From: Methanotrichaceae archaeon
GTDB lineage: Archaea > Halobacteriota > Methanosarcinia > Methanotrichales > Methanotrichaceae
Assembly: GCA_963803145.1 (NCBI GenBank)
Contig: CAWDLW010000015.1
Span: forward strand, 320,001-384,000
Length of the DNA stretch: 64,000 nt
Reading direction: 5' to 3'
Shown here: positions 10,146 through 21,608 of the stretch, piece by piece
Position numbering within the stretch: position 1 is the stretch's first letter
Layout: each line of letters opens with the position of its first letter
The notes under the pieces: generated by a model
The model's database searches: none
What the model was told of the DNA's origin: nothing
What the model saw: the letters and a program-made list of their open reading frames with translations, nothing else
Program-made: the position numbers and the translations under genes

Positions 10146-11978
10146 ATGGAGATAGCTGAAGAGCTGGCTAAACAGCAAAAAGCCATCTCAGTAGCTGAAT
10201 TTTTTGAGAAGAACCGACAGATACTAGGATTCGATTCTCCACCACGAGCGCTCATCACCTGCGTAAAGGAGGCTGTTGATAACTCCCTGGATGCATGTGA
10301 AGATGCAGATATATTACCTGACATTTTCGTGCAAATAAAACGCAGCGGTGAGTATTATACCATTGCAGTGGAGGATAACGGCCCCGGGATTGTATCTGAA
10401 GAGATCCCAAAGGCATTTGCAAAGCTGCTCTACGGATCGAGGTTCCATACTTTGAGGCAGAGCAGAGGACAGCAGGGAATAGGAATATCCGCTGCTGTGC
10501 TCTATTCTCAGCTGACAAGCGGCAGACCTGCGAAGATCATATCCAAGATAGGCCTTGGAAGGCCCGCAAGGCGTTGTGAGCTTATGATAAATACAGCCAA
10601 GAATGAGCCTGAGGTCTTAATATCAGAGGATACCGATTGGGAGAGGCCTCATGGCACTCGAATAGAGCTTGAGATGGAAGGATCATATGTTCGCAGCCGA
10701 AGACAATCTGTATATGGCTACCTCAAGAATGTGGCAATAGTCAATCCCCATGCCCGGATAACCTTGATTGAGCCAGATGGGAGCATTGAGACTTTTGAAA
10801 GGTCAACTGAGACGCTCCCAAAAAAGGCATATGCTATCCAGCCTCACCCAGAAGGCATCGAACTTGGAGAACTGATAAAGCTTCTAAGATATACTGAAAG
10901 AAAGAAGCTGAGAGTATTTTTGCGTGAGACATTTTCGAGCATCGGATCGATAACATCTCAGGAAATGTGCGAATTATCGAGCATTGATCCTGAAAGGTCC
11001 CCAAACAGCCTTAACCATGATGAGGCGAAAAGGCTTCTTGCAGCCTTTAAGCAAATTAAGGTCAAATCGCCCCCTATGGATTGTCTGTCTCCCATAGGCG
11101 AAGAGCTGATCAAAGCAGGTCTTGAGAAGGAGTACAAGCTGGATTACATAGCAACTACGGTTCGGCCGGTCTCTGTCTACTCCGGCAATCCCTTCCTCGT
11201 TGAGGTCGGCCTGGGCTATGGCGGAGAGCTCGAGAAAGAGGGGAGAATAGAGATCCTCAGGTTTGCGAACCGCGTGCCTTTAGTCTACCAGCAGGGAGCT
11301 TGTGCCATAACCCACGCAGTGGAGGAAATACCCTGGAAGAACTATGCTCTGGCCCAGCCTGCAGGCGGAGTTCCAGTAGGCCCGGCAGTTCTCATGATAC
11401 ATGTAGCCTCAACGAATATACCCTTCACATCTGAATCGAAGGATGCAATAGCAGATGTTCCTGAGATCCTGGAAGAGATAGACCTAGGCCTGAAGGAGGT
11501 CGGAAGAAAGCTCCGGAGATATTTAAGCCGGCAGAGCGTCTTATCGGATCGAAGGGAGAAAGAGGAGATCATAAGAAAGATACTTCCAAGGATTGCGAAG
11601 AAGCTCTCAGACCTACTTGGCGAGGAGGAGCCCGATATAGGACCTGTAGTAGCCAAGATAATGGGCAACGTCCTGATAAAAAGAGCAATCGTTCAGGCAA
11701 ATGGGCTAACAATTGTTAGGATAGATGTCGAGAATCACAGCGATGTTATGAGAACATTCAAGCTTCACGAGGTCATATCCCGGGAGGCATCAGACATATC
11801 TCCCGCCGCAAAGGCAATGCCGATTGGGGAGGGCTTTGATTACCATTGGAAGCTATCAGTGAAGCCCGGAGAGAGATCCTCTCTGAACTATAAAGTATCC
11901 TCAGAGGGATTAAGCTTCAAGGATCTTGTAGTCGAGGGCCTTGATGCTGAAATCGTCACAGGCGCAAGGGTGATTTGA
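10146..11978 (+). CDS. top6B: DNA topoisomerase VI subunit B
   Basis: [38 protein letters not shown] motifs, RFANRVPL. Confidence 0.97.
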   Translation: MEIAEELAKQQKAISVAEFFEKNRQILGFDSPPRALITCVKEAVDNSLDACEDADILPDIFVQIKRSGEYYTIAVEDNGPGIVSEEIPKAFAKLLYGSRFHTLRQSRGQQGIGISAAVLYSQLTSGRPAKIISKIGLGRPARRCELMINTAKNEPEVLISEDTDWERPHGTRIELEMEGSYVRSRRQSVYGYLKNVAIVNPHARITLIEPDGSIETFERSTETLPKKAYAIQPHPEGIELGELIKLLRYTERKKLRVFLRETFSSIGSITSQEMCELSSIDPERSPNSLNHDEAKRLLAAFKQIKVKSPPMDCLSPIGEELIKAGLEKEYKLDYIATTVRPVSVYSGNPFLVEVGLGYGGELEKEGRIEILRFANRVPLVYQQGACAITHAVEEIPWKNYALAQPAGGVPVGPAVLMIHVASTNIPFTSESKDAIADVPEILEEIDLGLKEVGRKLRRYLSRQSVLSDRREKEEIIRKILPRIAKKLSDLLGEEEPDIGPVVAKIMGNVLIKRAIVQANGLTIVRIDVENHSDVMRTFKLHEVISREASDISPAAKAMPIGEGFDYHWKLSVKPGERSSLNYKVSSEGLSFKDLVVEGLDAEIVTGARVI

Positions 11979-13060
11979 TGAATAAGATCGATGTTACCCA
12001 GGATCGGCTTACAAATCTGGCAAGGGGAATTTACGACCAGTTCCAGCAAGGCATAGTTCCTCATATCGCCCTGCCGTCGAGGACTAAGAGCAACATCGAA
12101 TACAGCAATAAGGATGATGTCTGGGTCTACGGCGATCTGGAGACGACTCGGTCGGTGAAGACTGCCAAGGGCGCAAAGAGCATGCTCAAAACAATCTATC
12201 TGGCAGAGCTTCTAATTAAGGAGCACCTGAGGAACAACCGCAGCTCGACATTGAGGGAGATCTATTACATATCGGAGAACTGGGATATCGCCAAGTTTCC
12301 GGAGCAGGCAGAAAGCGACAGATTGATCGAGGATCTTGAGATCGTTACCAGCCTTCAAAGGGAGGACTTTCACATCCGGCCTGAAGAGGACGGCGCAGCC
12401 ATATTCGGGCCGTTAAAGCTGAAAGAGCAGACAAAGCGCGGCGAGCGTACTATACACTGCCAGGAGGATGTGGGCGAGGCAGGGTATCAGATTCCATTTA
12501 ACGTTGATAGCATTCAGTTCCTTGAGCATGATGCGAAGATGGTCGTGGCAATAGAGAGCGGCGGAATGTACGCACGGCTAATCGAGAACGGCTTTGACGA
12601 GGAGTTTGGTGCGATGCTTGTACACATCAAGGGCCAGCCGGCAAGGTCAACACGTAGAATAATAAAAAAGATGAATACCGAGCTGAAGATCCCTGTAGTC
12701 GTCTTCACAGATGGAGATCCCTGGTCCTACAGGATATTTGCAAGCATTGCCTACGGGGCGATAAAGAGCGCACATCTATCGGAGCACCTGGTCACACCAT
12801 CCGCCAAATTTCTGGGAGTTCAGCCAAGCGATATCGTAGACTACAACCTTTCGACTGATAAGCTCACGGACAAAGATTTTCATGCGCTCAGAAGCGAGCT
12901 TACAGATCCCAGGTTCAATACTCCATACTGGGACAAGCAGATCAAGCTCCAGATCGATCTCAAGAGAAAGGCTGAGCAGCAGGCATTTGCAGGCAAAGGC
13001 TTAGATTATGTTACAAAAACATATCTTCCGGAGAGGCTTTCTGATATGGGAATAATTTAG
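11978..13060 (+). CDS. top6A: DNA topoisomerase VI subunit A
   Basis: TLREIYY catalytic Tyr, KGQP, DGDPW TOPRIM, KAEQQA. Confidence 0.97.
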   Translation: MNKIDVTQDRLTNLARGIYDQFQQGIVPHIALPSRTKSNIEYSNKDDVWVYGDLETTRSVKTAKGAKSMLKTIYLAELLIKEHLRNNRSSTLREIYYISENWDIAKFPEQAESDRLIEDLEIVTSLQREDFHIRPEEDGAAIFGPLKLKEQTKRGERTIHCQEDVGEAGYQIPFNVDSIQFLEHDAKMVVAIESGGMYARLIENGFDEEFGAMLVHIKGQPARSTRRIIKKMNTELKIPVVVFTDGDPWSYRIFASIAYGAIKSAHLSEHLVTPSAKFLGVQPSDIVDYNLSTDKLTDKDFHALRSELTDPRFNTPYWDKQIKLQIDLKRKAEQQAFAGKGLDYVTKTYLPERLSDMGII

Positions 13061-13186
13061 CTGGAATAGCAAGGATAATTTAGCAAGAACGTTCTTAGTC
13101 AATATAACTTATAAACTCATAATACAACTCATCTCGCAGATATCGTTATACTGATATCGCTATGTAGGCACATACTGTAGGCTCAT

Positions 13187-13987
13187 ATGATAATCGATTT
13201 TCACGCTCACATCTACCCAGAAAATGTGGCAAACAAGATACTCCCAGCTGCAGAAAAGAAGCTGAAAATAAAAGTACCATGTACTGGCTCGCCTCAAGAC
13301 CTCCGGTCACGAATGCGCAGCTCTGGAATTGATTTATCCATAGTTCTTCCGCTGGCAAAAGGGCAGGGCGATGTGCCATCGCTGAATGATTGGGTGCGCT
13401 CTATCTCCGGTGCCGGGCTTACAGCCTTTGGAGCAATCCATCCTCTTATGGATGGCCTGGAGGAGGAGCTGGACAGGCTAGTCTCCAACGGCATCAAGGG
13501 TGTCAAAATGATGCCGCTTTTGCAGATGGTTTTCCCAGATGATTCAAGGTGCGATAGGCTCTACGAGGCAGTGATTCAGAGGGACATGATACTTGTTACG
13601 CATGCAGGCAGAGACCCTCTAGATCGTGATGAGGTGTTTGGGACACCTGAGCGTTTTGCTAAGGTTGTAGAGTCCTATCCGGAACTCAAGCTTATACTGG
13701 CACACCTTGGGGGCCTGAGAATGTGGGATGATGTGCGAAAGTATCTGCTGCCAGTAAAAGGAAATGTTCGCTTTGATACCTCATATGCCTACTTTTACAT
13801 CCAGAGAAAGGAGATGACTGAGCTAATACATGACTTTGGCACAGATCGCGTCCTCTTTGGGAGCGATTACCCCTGGGAGGATCCAGGCAGGGCGGTTGAT
13901 GTCATAAAGAGCCTGGACCTCTCTGAAAATGAGATAGATTCATTGCTTTGGAAGAATGGGGCTGAACTTCTGGGGATCGAAAAATAG
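13187..13987 (+). CDS. Amidohydrolase_2 family metal-dependent hydrolase
   Basis: IDFHAH, HAG, AHLGG, LFGSDYPW. Confidence 0.9.
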   Translation: MIIDFHAHIYPENVANKILPAAEKKLKIKVPCTGSPQDLRSRMRSSGIDLSIVLPLAKGQGDVPSLNDWVRSISGAGLTAFGAIHPLMDGLEEELDRLVSNGIKGVKMMPLLQMVFPDDSRCDRLYEAVIQRDMILVTHAGRDPLDRDEVFGTPERFAKVVESYPELKLILAHLGGLRMWDDVRKYLLPVKGNVRFDTSYAYFYIQRKEMTELIHDFGTDRVLFGSDYPWEDPGRAVDVIKSLDLSENEIDSLLWKNGAELLGIEK

Positions 13988-14194
13988 CTATTTTCTTGAT
14001 ATACAGGAGTCCAGCTCCCTTTCCATTTCCCTGACCCTGCCCTCCAGTATCCTAACCTTTTCCTCTGAAAGATTCAGTTTGCCCTCAAGCGCCACCTTGA
14101 GCTTTGAATCAGATGTCCTAAGCCTCTCCTGAAGCTCCCGAATCCGATCTTCAAGGATTTCAACATTCTCTCCATGTGTAGGCATTTTCATCAT
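13988..14194 (-). CDS. Small coiled-coil hypothetical protein
   Basis: Internal repeat V.ILE.R.RE; upstream ccagg. Confidence 0.5.
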   Translation of the reverse strand: MMKMPTHGENVEILEDRIRELQERLRTSDSKLKVALEGKLNLSEEKVRILEGRVREMERELDSCISRK

Positions 14195-14393
14195 TCCTGG
14201 AGTAAACCTCTTTAATTATTTCTGCTTATTCAATTAATAACTTTCTGAATGAATATCGTCCAATTCTTACGATATTATCATGATAATGGGAAATGACAGA
14301 ATAATGATATTGATAATAATATGAGTATTTTCAATAAGGCATTCTAAGAAATTGATACAAAAGCTTATACTCCTCAGAAATATAGTCGGACGC

Positions 14394-14576
14394 ATGAAGA
14401 GAGATCTTCTTGATATCCTGGCATGTCCCCTCTGCAAAGGCGATCTGACTTTAGAGGTCTTCGAGGAGAATGAGAAAGAGATTGTCACCGGCAAACTCTG
14501 CTGCAAATCGTGTAAGGAATGCTATCCCATAGAAGAGGGCATACCAAATATGCTGCCGCCTGATCTTAGAGATTAG
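14394..14576 (+). CDS. trm112: Methyltransferase partner Trm112
   Basis: MKRDLLDILACPLCKGDL...C..C...YPIEEGIPNML. Confidence 0.92.
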   Translation: MKRDLLDILACPLCKGDLTLEVFEENEKEIVTGKLCCKSCKECYPIEEGIPNMLPPDLRD

Positions 14577-14654
14577 TCGGATATATAAGCGTAGTCCATA
14601 CATCCGAAATATTTATACGATATTATTGCAGATCATTGATAAGGGGGTTAGAGA

Positions 14655-15635
14655 TTGGACCACGTTGTTCACATCAATAATGGCTCTGAAAAGGCTGAAC
14701 CGCTTGTACTGCACCTTCTTCCTGGCGAGGAGATGAAGCTTGACCTTAAGGTTGTAAACCATGGGGCGCCATCGAATATATCCTTGAAGGCGAGCAATGA
14801 CATTGCGAACGCGGTTCGAACGGATAAACCAGACCATTATCTGGCCGGAGAGGATATAATTCCAATCCTGGCCAGGATGCCTGATGTGGATAGACTTGAA
14901 GGAGAAATTCTTTTTACAGGCGTTGGGGGTCAGAGCAGGTTGCCAATCGTATTTATCAAAGACTCCGAAGATCCGGATGATAACAGCCCGGAGAATGATG
15001 AGGGGCTTCCGTATACCGAAGAGGATGATGAAAAGGCCGATCCCGAGGATGCTGACCCAGATACAGAGAGTTCCAATAATTCTGAGGAGTCTGAGGATAC
15101 AAGCCGAATCAAGTTCTCCAAAGATAAAGACCTCCAAAGATATAGAGCATCCCGCATGCGCAGAGCCAATGCAGACTACAGAGACTCCAACAATAGGGAC
15201 ATGGATAATAGAGATATTGACAATAGAGACATAGACAATAAAGATATAGACAATAGGGATAGTGGCTACAGAGATATGGAATATAGGGATACTGAATACA
15301 GGGCTACAGAATTCGGAGATCCAGAAGGCGAGAGGCAAATAGAGAACACATCAAACAATGCAATCGACTATGGGCACCCAGATTCAACAGAAAATAACGA
15401 AGCCGCTGAAATCCCAGAAGAGAGAAACAACGAATTAAAAACGAGGCTATTTGAATTGACAGGCGATAAAAGCGCCCTCTTGGCAGTGCCTGCGGCCATG
15501 CTCATAGCCCTGATAGCACTGCTGATATTGACGTTTTACTCTGAGAGCATCCCTGAGTTTAGCGGCGCGCTTGCGTCGGCGATGCTGATCGTTACCCTTA
15601 TCATATACGGGGCTGCAACGCTCCTGAAGGCTTGA
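14655..15635 (+). CDS. Membrane-anchored hypothetical protein with acidic and repeat-rich linker
   Basis: Globular N-terminus, D/E-rich tract, DNRDI repeats, two C-terminal TM helices. Confidence 0.8.
   Translation: MDHVVHINNGSEKAEPLVLHLLPGEEMKLDLKVVNHGAPSNISLKASNDIANAVRTDKPDHYLAGEDIIPILARMPDVDRLEGEILFTGVGGQSRLPIVFIKDSEDPDDNSPENDEGLPYTEEDDEKADPEDADPDTESSNNSEESEDTSRIKFSKDKDLQRYRASRMRRANADYRDSNNRDMDNRDIDNRDIDNKDIDNRDSGYRDMEYRDTEYRATEFGDPEGERQIENTSNNAIDYGHPDSTENNEAAEIPEERNNELKTRLFELTGDKSALLAVPAAMLIALIALLILTFYSESIPEFSGALASAMLIVTLIIYGAATLLKA
15172..15305 (+). repeat. 15-bp coding tandem repeat encoding (D-N/Y-R-D-x)n
   Basis: gacaatagagacata-like units seen directly. Confidence 0.85.
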
Positions 15636-15719
15636 TTATGAGACGCGATAAGCGGACGCAAAGATCGAAGAGCGGAAGCAATATCATGCGGCAACGCTCC
15701 TGAAGGCTTGATTATGAGA
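15615..15719 (+). repeat. Perfect 29-bp direct repeat spanning the upstream stop codon / pyrG start junction
   Basis: gcaacgctcctgaaggcttgattatgaga at 15615-15643 and 15691-15719, 47-bp spacer. Confidence 0.9.
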
Positions 15720-17321
15720 TACATTGTGGTCACAGGCGGGGTTATGAGCGGGCTTGGAAAAGGTATCACCGCTGCATCGATAGGCAGGCTGCTCATGGAC
15801 AGGGGCTATCGCGTCACTGCGATCAAGATAGACCCCTACATCAACATAGATGCAGGTCTCATGAGCCCCTTCCAGCACGGAGAGGTCTTCGTCCTGAAGG
15901 ACGGAGGCGAGGTGGACCTCGACCTGGGGAACTACGAGCGATTTTTGGATGTCGAACTCACGCGCGACCATAACATCACAACTGGAAAGGTTTACAGCAC
16001 TGTTATCGATAAAGAACGCAGGGGCGAGTACCTCGGAAAGACAGTCCAGATAATCCCGCACATCACAGACGAGATCAAGAAGCGCATCAGACAGGTATCC
16101 CGCGACGGCGGATGCGAGATCTGTCTTATTGAAGTCGGCGGAACAGTGGGCGATATTGAGTCGATGCCCTTCCTTGAGGCCATGAGGCAGCTGAAGTACG
16201 AGGAGTCCGGCAACATCTTCTTCGTGCACGTGACCCTTGCCCCGTCGACGATGGATGGAGAGCAGAAGACGAAGCCGACGCAGCACAGCGTGAAGGAGAT
16301 GCGTGAGCTGGGCCTTCAGCCTGACATGATAGTAGTGAGGTGCGAGAAGCCTCTGCTCCCCGAGACGAAGGTAAAGATCGCGCTCTTCTGCGATGTTCCA
16401 GTTGATGCAGTGATCAGCGCCCATAATGCCGGAGATATCTACAAGGTCCCACTGCAGCTTGATGCCGAGGGCCTGACGAAGTATCTCATGAAGGCCATGA
16501 GGCTGTTCCCACTTGAGGAGAGAAAGGATTGGGACGGTTTCGTGAAGAAGATGGACGAACCTCTGGAGACGGTGACAGTTGCAATCGTCGGGAAGTACAC
16601 CGTCGGCTCACAGTGCGCAGACCCAATGGAGGATGCCTACCTTTCCATCCGCGAGTCTTTGAAGCACGCTGGAATCCAGGCAGGCGTCAGGCCTGAGATT
16701 ATGTGGGTGGATGCAGAAGAGCTTGAGAGAGGCTCGCCAGATCTGATCCTCAGGGGTGCCGATGGAATTCTAGTTCCCGGAGGCTTCGGCTCACGGGGTA
16801 CTGAGGGAAAGATCAAGGCTGTGCAATATGCACGCGAACATAATATTCCTTACTTGGGGCTATGCTTTGGAATGCAGCTTGCTGTCATTGAGTTTGCGAG
16901 AAATGTCTGCGGCCTTGAGGGCGCAAGCTCAACTGAGTTCGGGCCAACGCCTAATCCTGTTATCGCCATTCTTCCTGAGCAGGAGAAGATCAGGGAGATG
17001 GGTGCGACAATGCGCCTGGGGAACTATCCTGCGCACCTGAAAGAGGGAAGCCTTGCCAAGAAGATCTACGGAGCAGACGAGATCATCGAGAGGCACAGGC
17101 ACAGGTACGAAGTGAATCCCGGATTTATCAAGCAGATTGAGTCTAAGGGCATGATCTTTTCAGGAACAAATGACGATCTGATGGAGATCTGCGAGATACC
17201 TGAGCATCCGTTCTTCTTTGGGTCGCAGTTCCATCCTGAGATGAAGTCTCGACCTGGGAAGCCATCGCCGCCGTTTTTGGCGTTTGTGGAGGCGATGAAG
17301 GAGCGGAGAAAAAAAGGATAA
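15714..17321 (+). CDS. pyrG: CTP synthase
   Basis: [42 protein letters not shown]. Confidence 0.98.
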   Translation: MRYIVVTGGVMSGLGKGITAASIGRLLMDRGYRVTAIKIDPYINIDAGLMSPFQHGEVFVLKDGGEVDLDLGNYERFLDVELTRDHNITTGKVYSTVIDKERRGEYLGKTVQIIPHITDEIKKRIRQVSRDGGCEICLIEVGGTVGDIESMPFLEAMRQLKYEESGNIFFVHVTLAPSTMDGEQKTKPTQHSVKEMRELGLQPDMIVVRCEKPLLPETKVKIALFCDVPVDAVISAHNAGDIYKVPLQLDAEGLTKYLMKAMRLFPLEERKDWDGFVKKMDEPLETVTVAIVGKYTVGSQCADPMEDAYLSIRESLKHAGIQAGVRPEIMWVDAEELERGSPDLILRGADGILVPGGFGSRGTEGKIKAVQYAREHNIPYLGLCFGMQLAVIEFARNVCGLEGASSTEFGPTPNPVIAILPEQEKIREMGATMRLGNYPAHLKEGSLAKKIYGADEIIERHRHRYEVNPGFIKQIESKGMIFSGTNDDLMEICEIPEHPFFFGSQFHPEMKSRPGKPSPPFLAFVEAMKERRKKG

Positions 17322-17423
17322 ATATTATTAATTCTAGTGTATTTTTTTCTATATAATCTATCATAAACGATACTGTTTTAAGCAAAGATTATTGTTACCG
17401 ATCTTATTGTAGGAGGATGACTT

Positions 17424-19982
17424 ATGAAAGAGGTATCTTTGGATTTAGGAAGACTTGCACAAGATAATCCTAATTATACTCCCAAAGAGCCTTTTCCTTG
17501 CCAAGGGGAGGCATTTAGAGCCTTAAGCAGTATCTTTACATTCCCAGCTGAAGGATACAAAGGCGGCCTTTTAGTCCTTCCTACAGGTGCAGGAAAAACG
17601 TTCACTGCAGTCAACTGGGTATGTAGAAATGTTCTTCCTAGAAAGACTAAGGTTCTTTGGCTAGCCCAGTCATCCTATTTACTCGAGCAGGCAGGCAGAG
17701 CTTTTTATGAAAACGCCCTTGTGATCCCTTATGGTAGGAAATCACTTAATATCAGAGTAGTATCAAGTAGCCCATTGCATTCCAAGCCGGCTACTATAAA
17801 GACTACCGATGATGTTCTAATTGTCACTACGCAAACAGCAATCAAGAATTTCAATGCCAATCCTGAGGATTTGAACGGTAAAAAAGTTGAAACGCACTTT
17901 AAGAATTTTATAAAGTGTAATGTAAACGATGGCTTATTCATAATACTAGATGAAGCTCATCATGCACCAGCGTATGGATGCAGGAACCTATTATCTAGTA
18001 TCGGTGAAATAATAAAAGATCTGTACCTCCTAGGCTTGACAGCTACGCCCACATATACTGATAAACGGACAAGGGGCTGGCTCTCTAAGATTTTCGATCA
18101 GGGCATAATTTATGAAGCCACAAAAGCAGGTCTGATTGCTCAGGACATTCTTGCCAAGCCTAAATATCTTGAAAAATCTACTGGCAGGGAGTTTGAGATA
18201 GATGATAAATTATATGATCGGCTTGTAAGAGAGCATAAAGATCTACGTGAGGATATCATTGAAAAACTAGCAAACGATTCTCCAAGAAACGATTTTATAA
18301 TTAACGACTATATAGATAATAAAAGCGTTTATGGAAAAACTATTATTTTTTCTGATAGATGGTTTCAATGTGAGTATATAAAAACAAAACTGAAGGATAA
18401 AGGAATAAAAGCAGAAGCTGTTTATTCTATGGAAGATACGAATCTAGGGTCATCCGAGTTGAGGAATAAGAGGACATCCACGGATAACGAAAAGATTATA
18501 AGAGATTTCTCGGAAGGTAAGTATGATGTGCTTGTAAATGTACGTATGCTTACAGAAGGCATTGACGTACCCGATGTTAAAACCGTTATGCTCACAAGGC
18601 AGACTACCAGTTCGATACTGACGACACAAATGATCGGAAGGGCCTTAAGAGGCAAAAAGGCTGGCGGTGGGCCCAATAAATCCGAGGCTAATATCGTATT
18701 ATTTATCGATAATTGGAAAGGCTTAATCAATGATGTTTGGGCACACTTCGAGGGTGGTTTAGAAAATATACCACCCATAGTTAGGGGCTATAGACCGTTG
18801 GAATACATATCAATCGATCTGATCGATAAAGTCAGCAGGCAAATCGATAACTGCCTTAACTATATTCCTGTGCCGTTCTTAGAATACGTTCCTATGGGCT
18901 GGTATCAAACAGAAATAACAGTAGGTCTAAAAGATGATATTAGTAAAAATGAAGAAATGCAATCTTTCGTAGAATATGTGATGGTTTATAATAGGACTAG
19001 AGATAAATTTGAAAAATTCATTGAGGGCGTATTTAATAAAATACCTTCACGTTGGGCTGATGAAAGCATTGATGAGAGATCGATAATAATTCCGCAAATT
19101 CATGATTGGATTAAAGAGAACGATTACTTTAACCTCGAAGAGGATAATATAGGTGGCAACCTGATAGATCATTTAGTAAAAATAGTAAGACACATAGCAC
19201 AAAACGGAGATCTGCCCGATTACCATTCCTTTGATGAGCGAGGTTTGTATGATTTAGACAAATTGGCTGAACGATTTGCGAATAAAACGTCCTTCGAGCA
19301 GCTTCATTTTTTAAAATTTGAGTTTGATAAACCAGGCAATTTATGGAAGATATTCTATAGAGATTTCTATAGATTTAAAACAGCATATGATGGCGCCCTA
19401 AACAGATATATCGATATAACCATGAATGGTGAAAATTTCAAGCCATTAAAAGAAGAAATAAACCCCATGGATCTCGAGCTCACTGAGGAGGAAAAAGAAC
19501 AAGTTAAAGCCAGAGATGGCATGTGTTTATGTTGTTTTAAGAAGGGACGCGGAAATATATTACAGGTAGATCATATCATTCCCATCTTCATGGGCGGACC
19601 AGCTAATGTAGAAAATTCTCAAACTCTATGTAAAGAATGCAATAGGCAGAAAGGGATAAACTCGGTTAATTTTAGAAGCAATACAACTCCTTTAGTTAAT
19701 CCTAAAGAATTGAAACTTTATCCTACACAGGGAAGAGAGTCTCCTTTGAATACATTAGCTAGGACTATAAACTTCTTTTTCCATTGCCAAGCTATATTAG
19801 ATATTAATGCAAGCGAAAGAAGAAATGGAAAGAACTATTCAAAATGGGAAATAAAGATTTATCAGGGAAATAATCCCCAATGGCTGATAAACCATGAAAT
19901 TGCTTTGATAAAATATATTCAAAACGATTTACGTTGCCCTCAAGTTAAAAGCATAGAAGTATTGGGCGTATCTGATCACTAA
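17424..19982 (+). CDS. SF2 (ResIII/DEAH-like) helicase with C-terminal HNH endonuclease
   Basis: LPTGAGKT, DEAHH, LTATP, MLTEGIDVP, QMIGRALR; RDGMCLCC...VDHIIP..GG...N.QTLCKECN..K. Confidence 0.9.
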   Translation: MKEVSLDLGRLAQDNPNYTPKEPFPCQGEAFRALSSIFTFPAEGYKGGLLVLPTGAGKTFTAVNWVCRNVLPRKTKVLWLAQSSYLLEQAGRAFYENALVIPYGRKSLNIRVVSSSPLHSKPATIKTTDDVLIVTTQTAIKNFNANPEDLNGKKVETHFKNFIKCNVNDGLFIILDEAHHAPAYGCRNLLSSIGEIIKDLYLLGLTATPTYTDKRTRGWLSKIFDQGIIYEATKAGLIAQDILAKPKYLEKSTGREFEIDDKLYDRLVREHKDLREDIIEKLANDSPRNDFIINDYIDNKSVYGKTIIFSDRWFQCEYIKTKLKDKGIKAEAVYSMEDTNLGSSELRNKRTSTDNEKIIRDFSEGKYDVLVNVRMLTEGIDVPDVKTVMLTRQTTSSILTTQMIGRALRGKKAGGGPNKSEANIVLFIDNWKGLINDVWAHFEGGLENIPPIVRGYRPLEYISIDLIDKVSRQIDNCLNYIPVPFLEYVPMGWYQTEITVGLKDDISKNEEMQSFVEYVMVYNRTRDKFEKFIEGVFNKIPSRWADESIDERSIIIPQIHDWIKENDYFNLEEDNIGGNLIDHLVKIVRHIAQNGDLPDYHSFDERGLYDLDKLAERFANKTSFEQLHFLKFEFDKPGNLWKIFYRDFYRFKTAYDGALNRYIDITMNGENFKPLKEEINPMDLELTEEEKEQVKARDGMCLCCFKKGRGNILQVDHIIPIFMGGPANVENSQTLCKECNRQKGINSVNFRSNTTPLVNPKELKLYPTQGRESPLNTLARTINFFFHCQAILDINASERRNGKNYSKWEIKIYQGNNPQWLINHEIALIKYIQNDLRCPQVKSIEVLGVSDH

Positions 19983-20039
19983 ATATAGATCTATGTAACA
20001 GATTCATTGGAAGATAATGATATAGGGAATTGTTAATCT

Positions 20040-20155
20040 TATTCCCTTCAACCTGATAGCATGGGTTTTCCAAAGCCTTCCCCCAGCGAGGGGTTAGGGG
20101 CAGCCCGCGCGGCGATTGAGCGCGCTAGAATAGCCGTTAGTGTTAGCCCCAGAAG
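20040..20155 (+). repeat. ~120-bp GC-rich intergenic repeat, copy 1
   Basis: tattcccttcaacc...ttcccccagcgaggggttaggggcagcccgcgcggcgattgagcgcgctag...gttagtgttagcccca; matches copies at 23.2 kb and 25.5 kb. Confidence 0.85.
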
Positions 20156-20255
20156 TAAGCGTTAGCTTCTGAATTGTGTAATCAGCTCCGATACGTAGTT
20201 AAATAGTAATCAGAGACGCTCGCTTTGCACGAAATAAACTACCATATTTCGCGCC

Positions 20256-20414
20256 TTAAGCATTCTGAGAGTGAACTGCACGCAGCCTCTTGAATTCCCG
20301 GAGCAATTCTGCCATGGCCTTATCTTTAGATGAATAATGCCCCTCTTTCTGGAAATCTATAAGAACGTTATGCGCTTCCTCGTCTACTACAACGTTTATC
20401 CTTTTTAGCTCCAT
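20256..20414 (-). CDS. Small ribbon-helix-helix (CopG-like) protein, 52 aa, not in ORF track
   Basis: Manual translation MELKRINVVVDEEAHNVLIDFQKEGHYSSKDKAMAELLREFKRLRAVHSQNA; beta-alpha-alpha pattern. Confidence 0.7.
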   Translation of the reverse strand: MELKRINVVVDEEAHNVLIDFQKEGHYSSKDKAMAELLREFKRLRAVHSQNA

Positions 20415-20439
20415 TGGGATCTGACTTATGTCTTACATA

Positions 20440-20520
20440 TTTATAACAATATCGTCATACTATAAAAGTTTAACGTTATAATAGTTAACTATTTAAACGT
20501 TAACGTTATAGTAAAACATA
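20440..20520. promoter_or_regulatory. Divergent promoter region with clustered palindromes
   Basis: taacgtta, aatagttaactatt and aacgttaacgtt palindromes plus TATA-like tracts. Confidence 0.55.
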
Positions 20521-20764
20521 GAGGCGAAATAGCATGGCCGGGATTGTTCGCATAAGCGGTAAGATCATGAGCATACATGGAGCGGCTGAAAAGATGAATA
20601 ACATAAGCTTAGCTGCTGGTGATTTCCCCGATGTATTGCACGTCTTTAGCTTGGAATTTCCCTCTGAAGCCGCCATACCAAACGGCGATGTCCACGAAGG
20701 CTCTATACGATGCTCCTCACAAGAGCTCTCAGAAACAGAGATCTCAAAATCAGAGGCGGTCTAA

Positions 20765-21352
20765 ATGGCCGCTCCAAACCATTCCGAAAACGCCTTGCTG
20801 ATAGCTACCGATTCAATTAACACAATAGCGTCCGATTCAGCAACCGCAAACACATTATCAGAGCTGAGCGCAGCACTAGCCGAGCTTCAGCCTCTGGCCT
20901 CCAGGATCGCCAATCTGAAAAAGGAAACTCTGGAGAAAGAAGCGATAATCCTGAAAGCGATCCTGGAGAAGGCCACACCTCTGGTGCCTCTGCTGAGTGA
21001 AGACTGCGAGCAGCATTACCGCCGTGAGATTGTCATCCTGGCCAGAGAAGAGAGAGTGCAGCTTGAGGAGGGCTTTAGCTTTTTCAGCGAGCACAGACTG
21101 ATTCTCTACGAAAATGGCCTCTTAGTGAGAACGCATCGCTATGGCGAATCATCTGAAGGTCTGCACCCGGGATGGGAGAATACAGACGAGGTTGTTCTTA
21201 CACCTGAGGCGGCCATAATTACATTCGATTTCAGAGAAATTTCAAAGGGCCTGATAAAGGTGCTTGGTGAGGCATCATCGATGGCTATCCTCAAAGAGAA
21301 GCTTGAAGGCGATCTGGTGGCTTTAGCTAAGGCACTGGAGGCTCTACATTAA
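20765..21352 (+). CDS. Hypothetical protein
   Basis: 195-aa ORF, helical; gaggcgg upstream. Confidence 0.7.
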   Translation: MAAPNHSENALLIATDSINTIASDSATANTLSELSAALAELQPLASRIANLKKETLEKEAIILKAILEKATPLVPLLSEDCEQHYRREIVILAREERVQLEEGFSFFSEHRLILYENGLLVRTHRYGESSEGLHPGWENTDEVVLTPEAAIITFDFREISKGLIKVLGEASSMAILKEKLEGDLVALAKALEALH

Positions 21353-21466
21353 GACTTCAGCGGACTTGTTAGCAGGAATGCAGCTTTGGAGCGCCTTTAC
21401 GAGATTTTCATTCGTTTTTCAGCAACTAAATAGAACGGAGCTCAACTAGCGAACGCATTTTCTGGA

Positions 21467-21546
21467 GCGCCCGCGCGGGCTACCCAGACGCGCGGGCGTT
21501 GGAGCGCGCTAGTATAACCGTTAGTTTTAGCTCCAAATACGAAGTC
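21467..21546 (+). repeat. Partial/divergent copy of the ~120-bp repeat (3' half)
   Basis: gagcgcgctagtataaccgttagttttagctccaaatacgaagt matches the 3' halves of copies 1 and 4. Confidence 0.7.
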
Positions 21547-21608
21547 GGAGCGGTTCTTAGATTACGAGGCGCAGATTGAATATCTCTTATAGGAACTCTA
21601 TGGATACT

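Noticed and set aside
15615-15719. Mini CRISPR array
   Set aside because: Only two repeats, made of coding-junction sequence, and no cas genes or leader.
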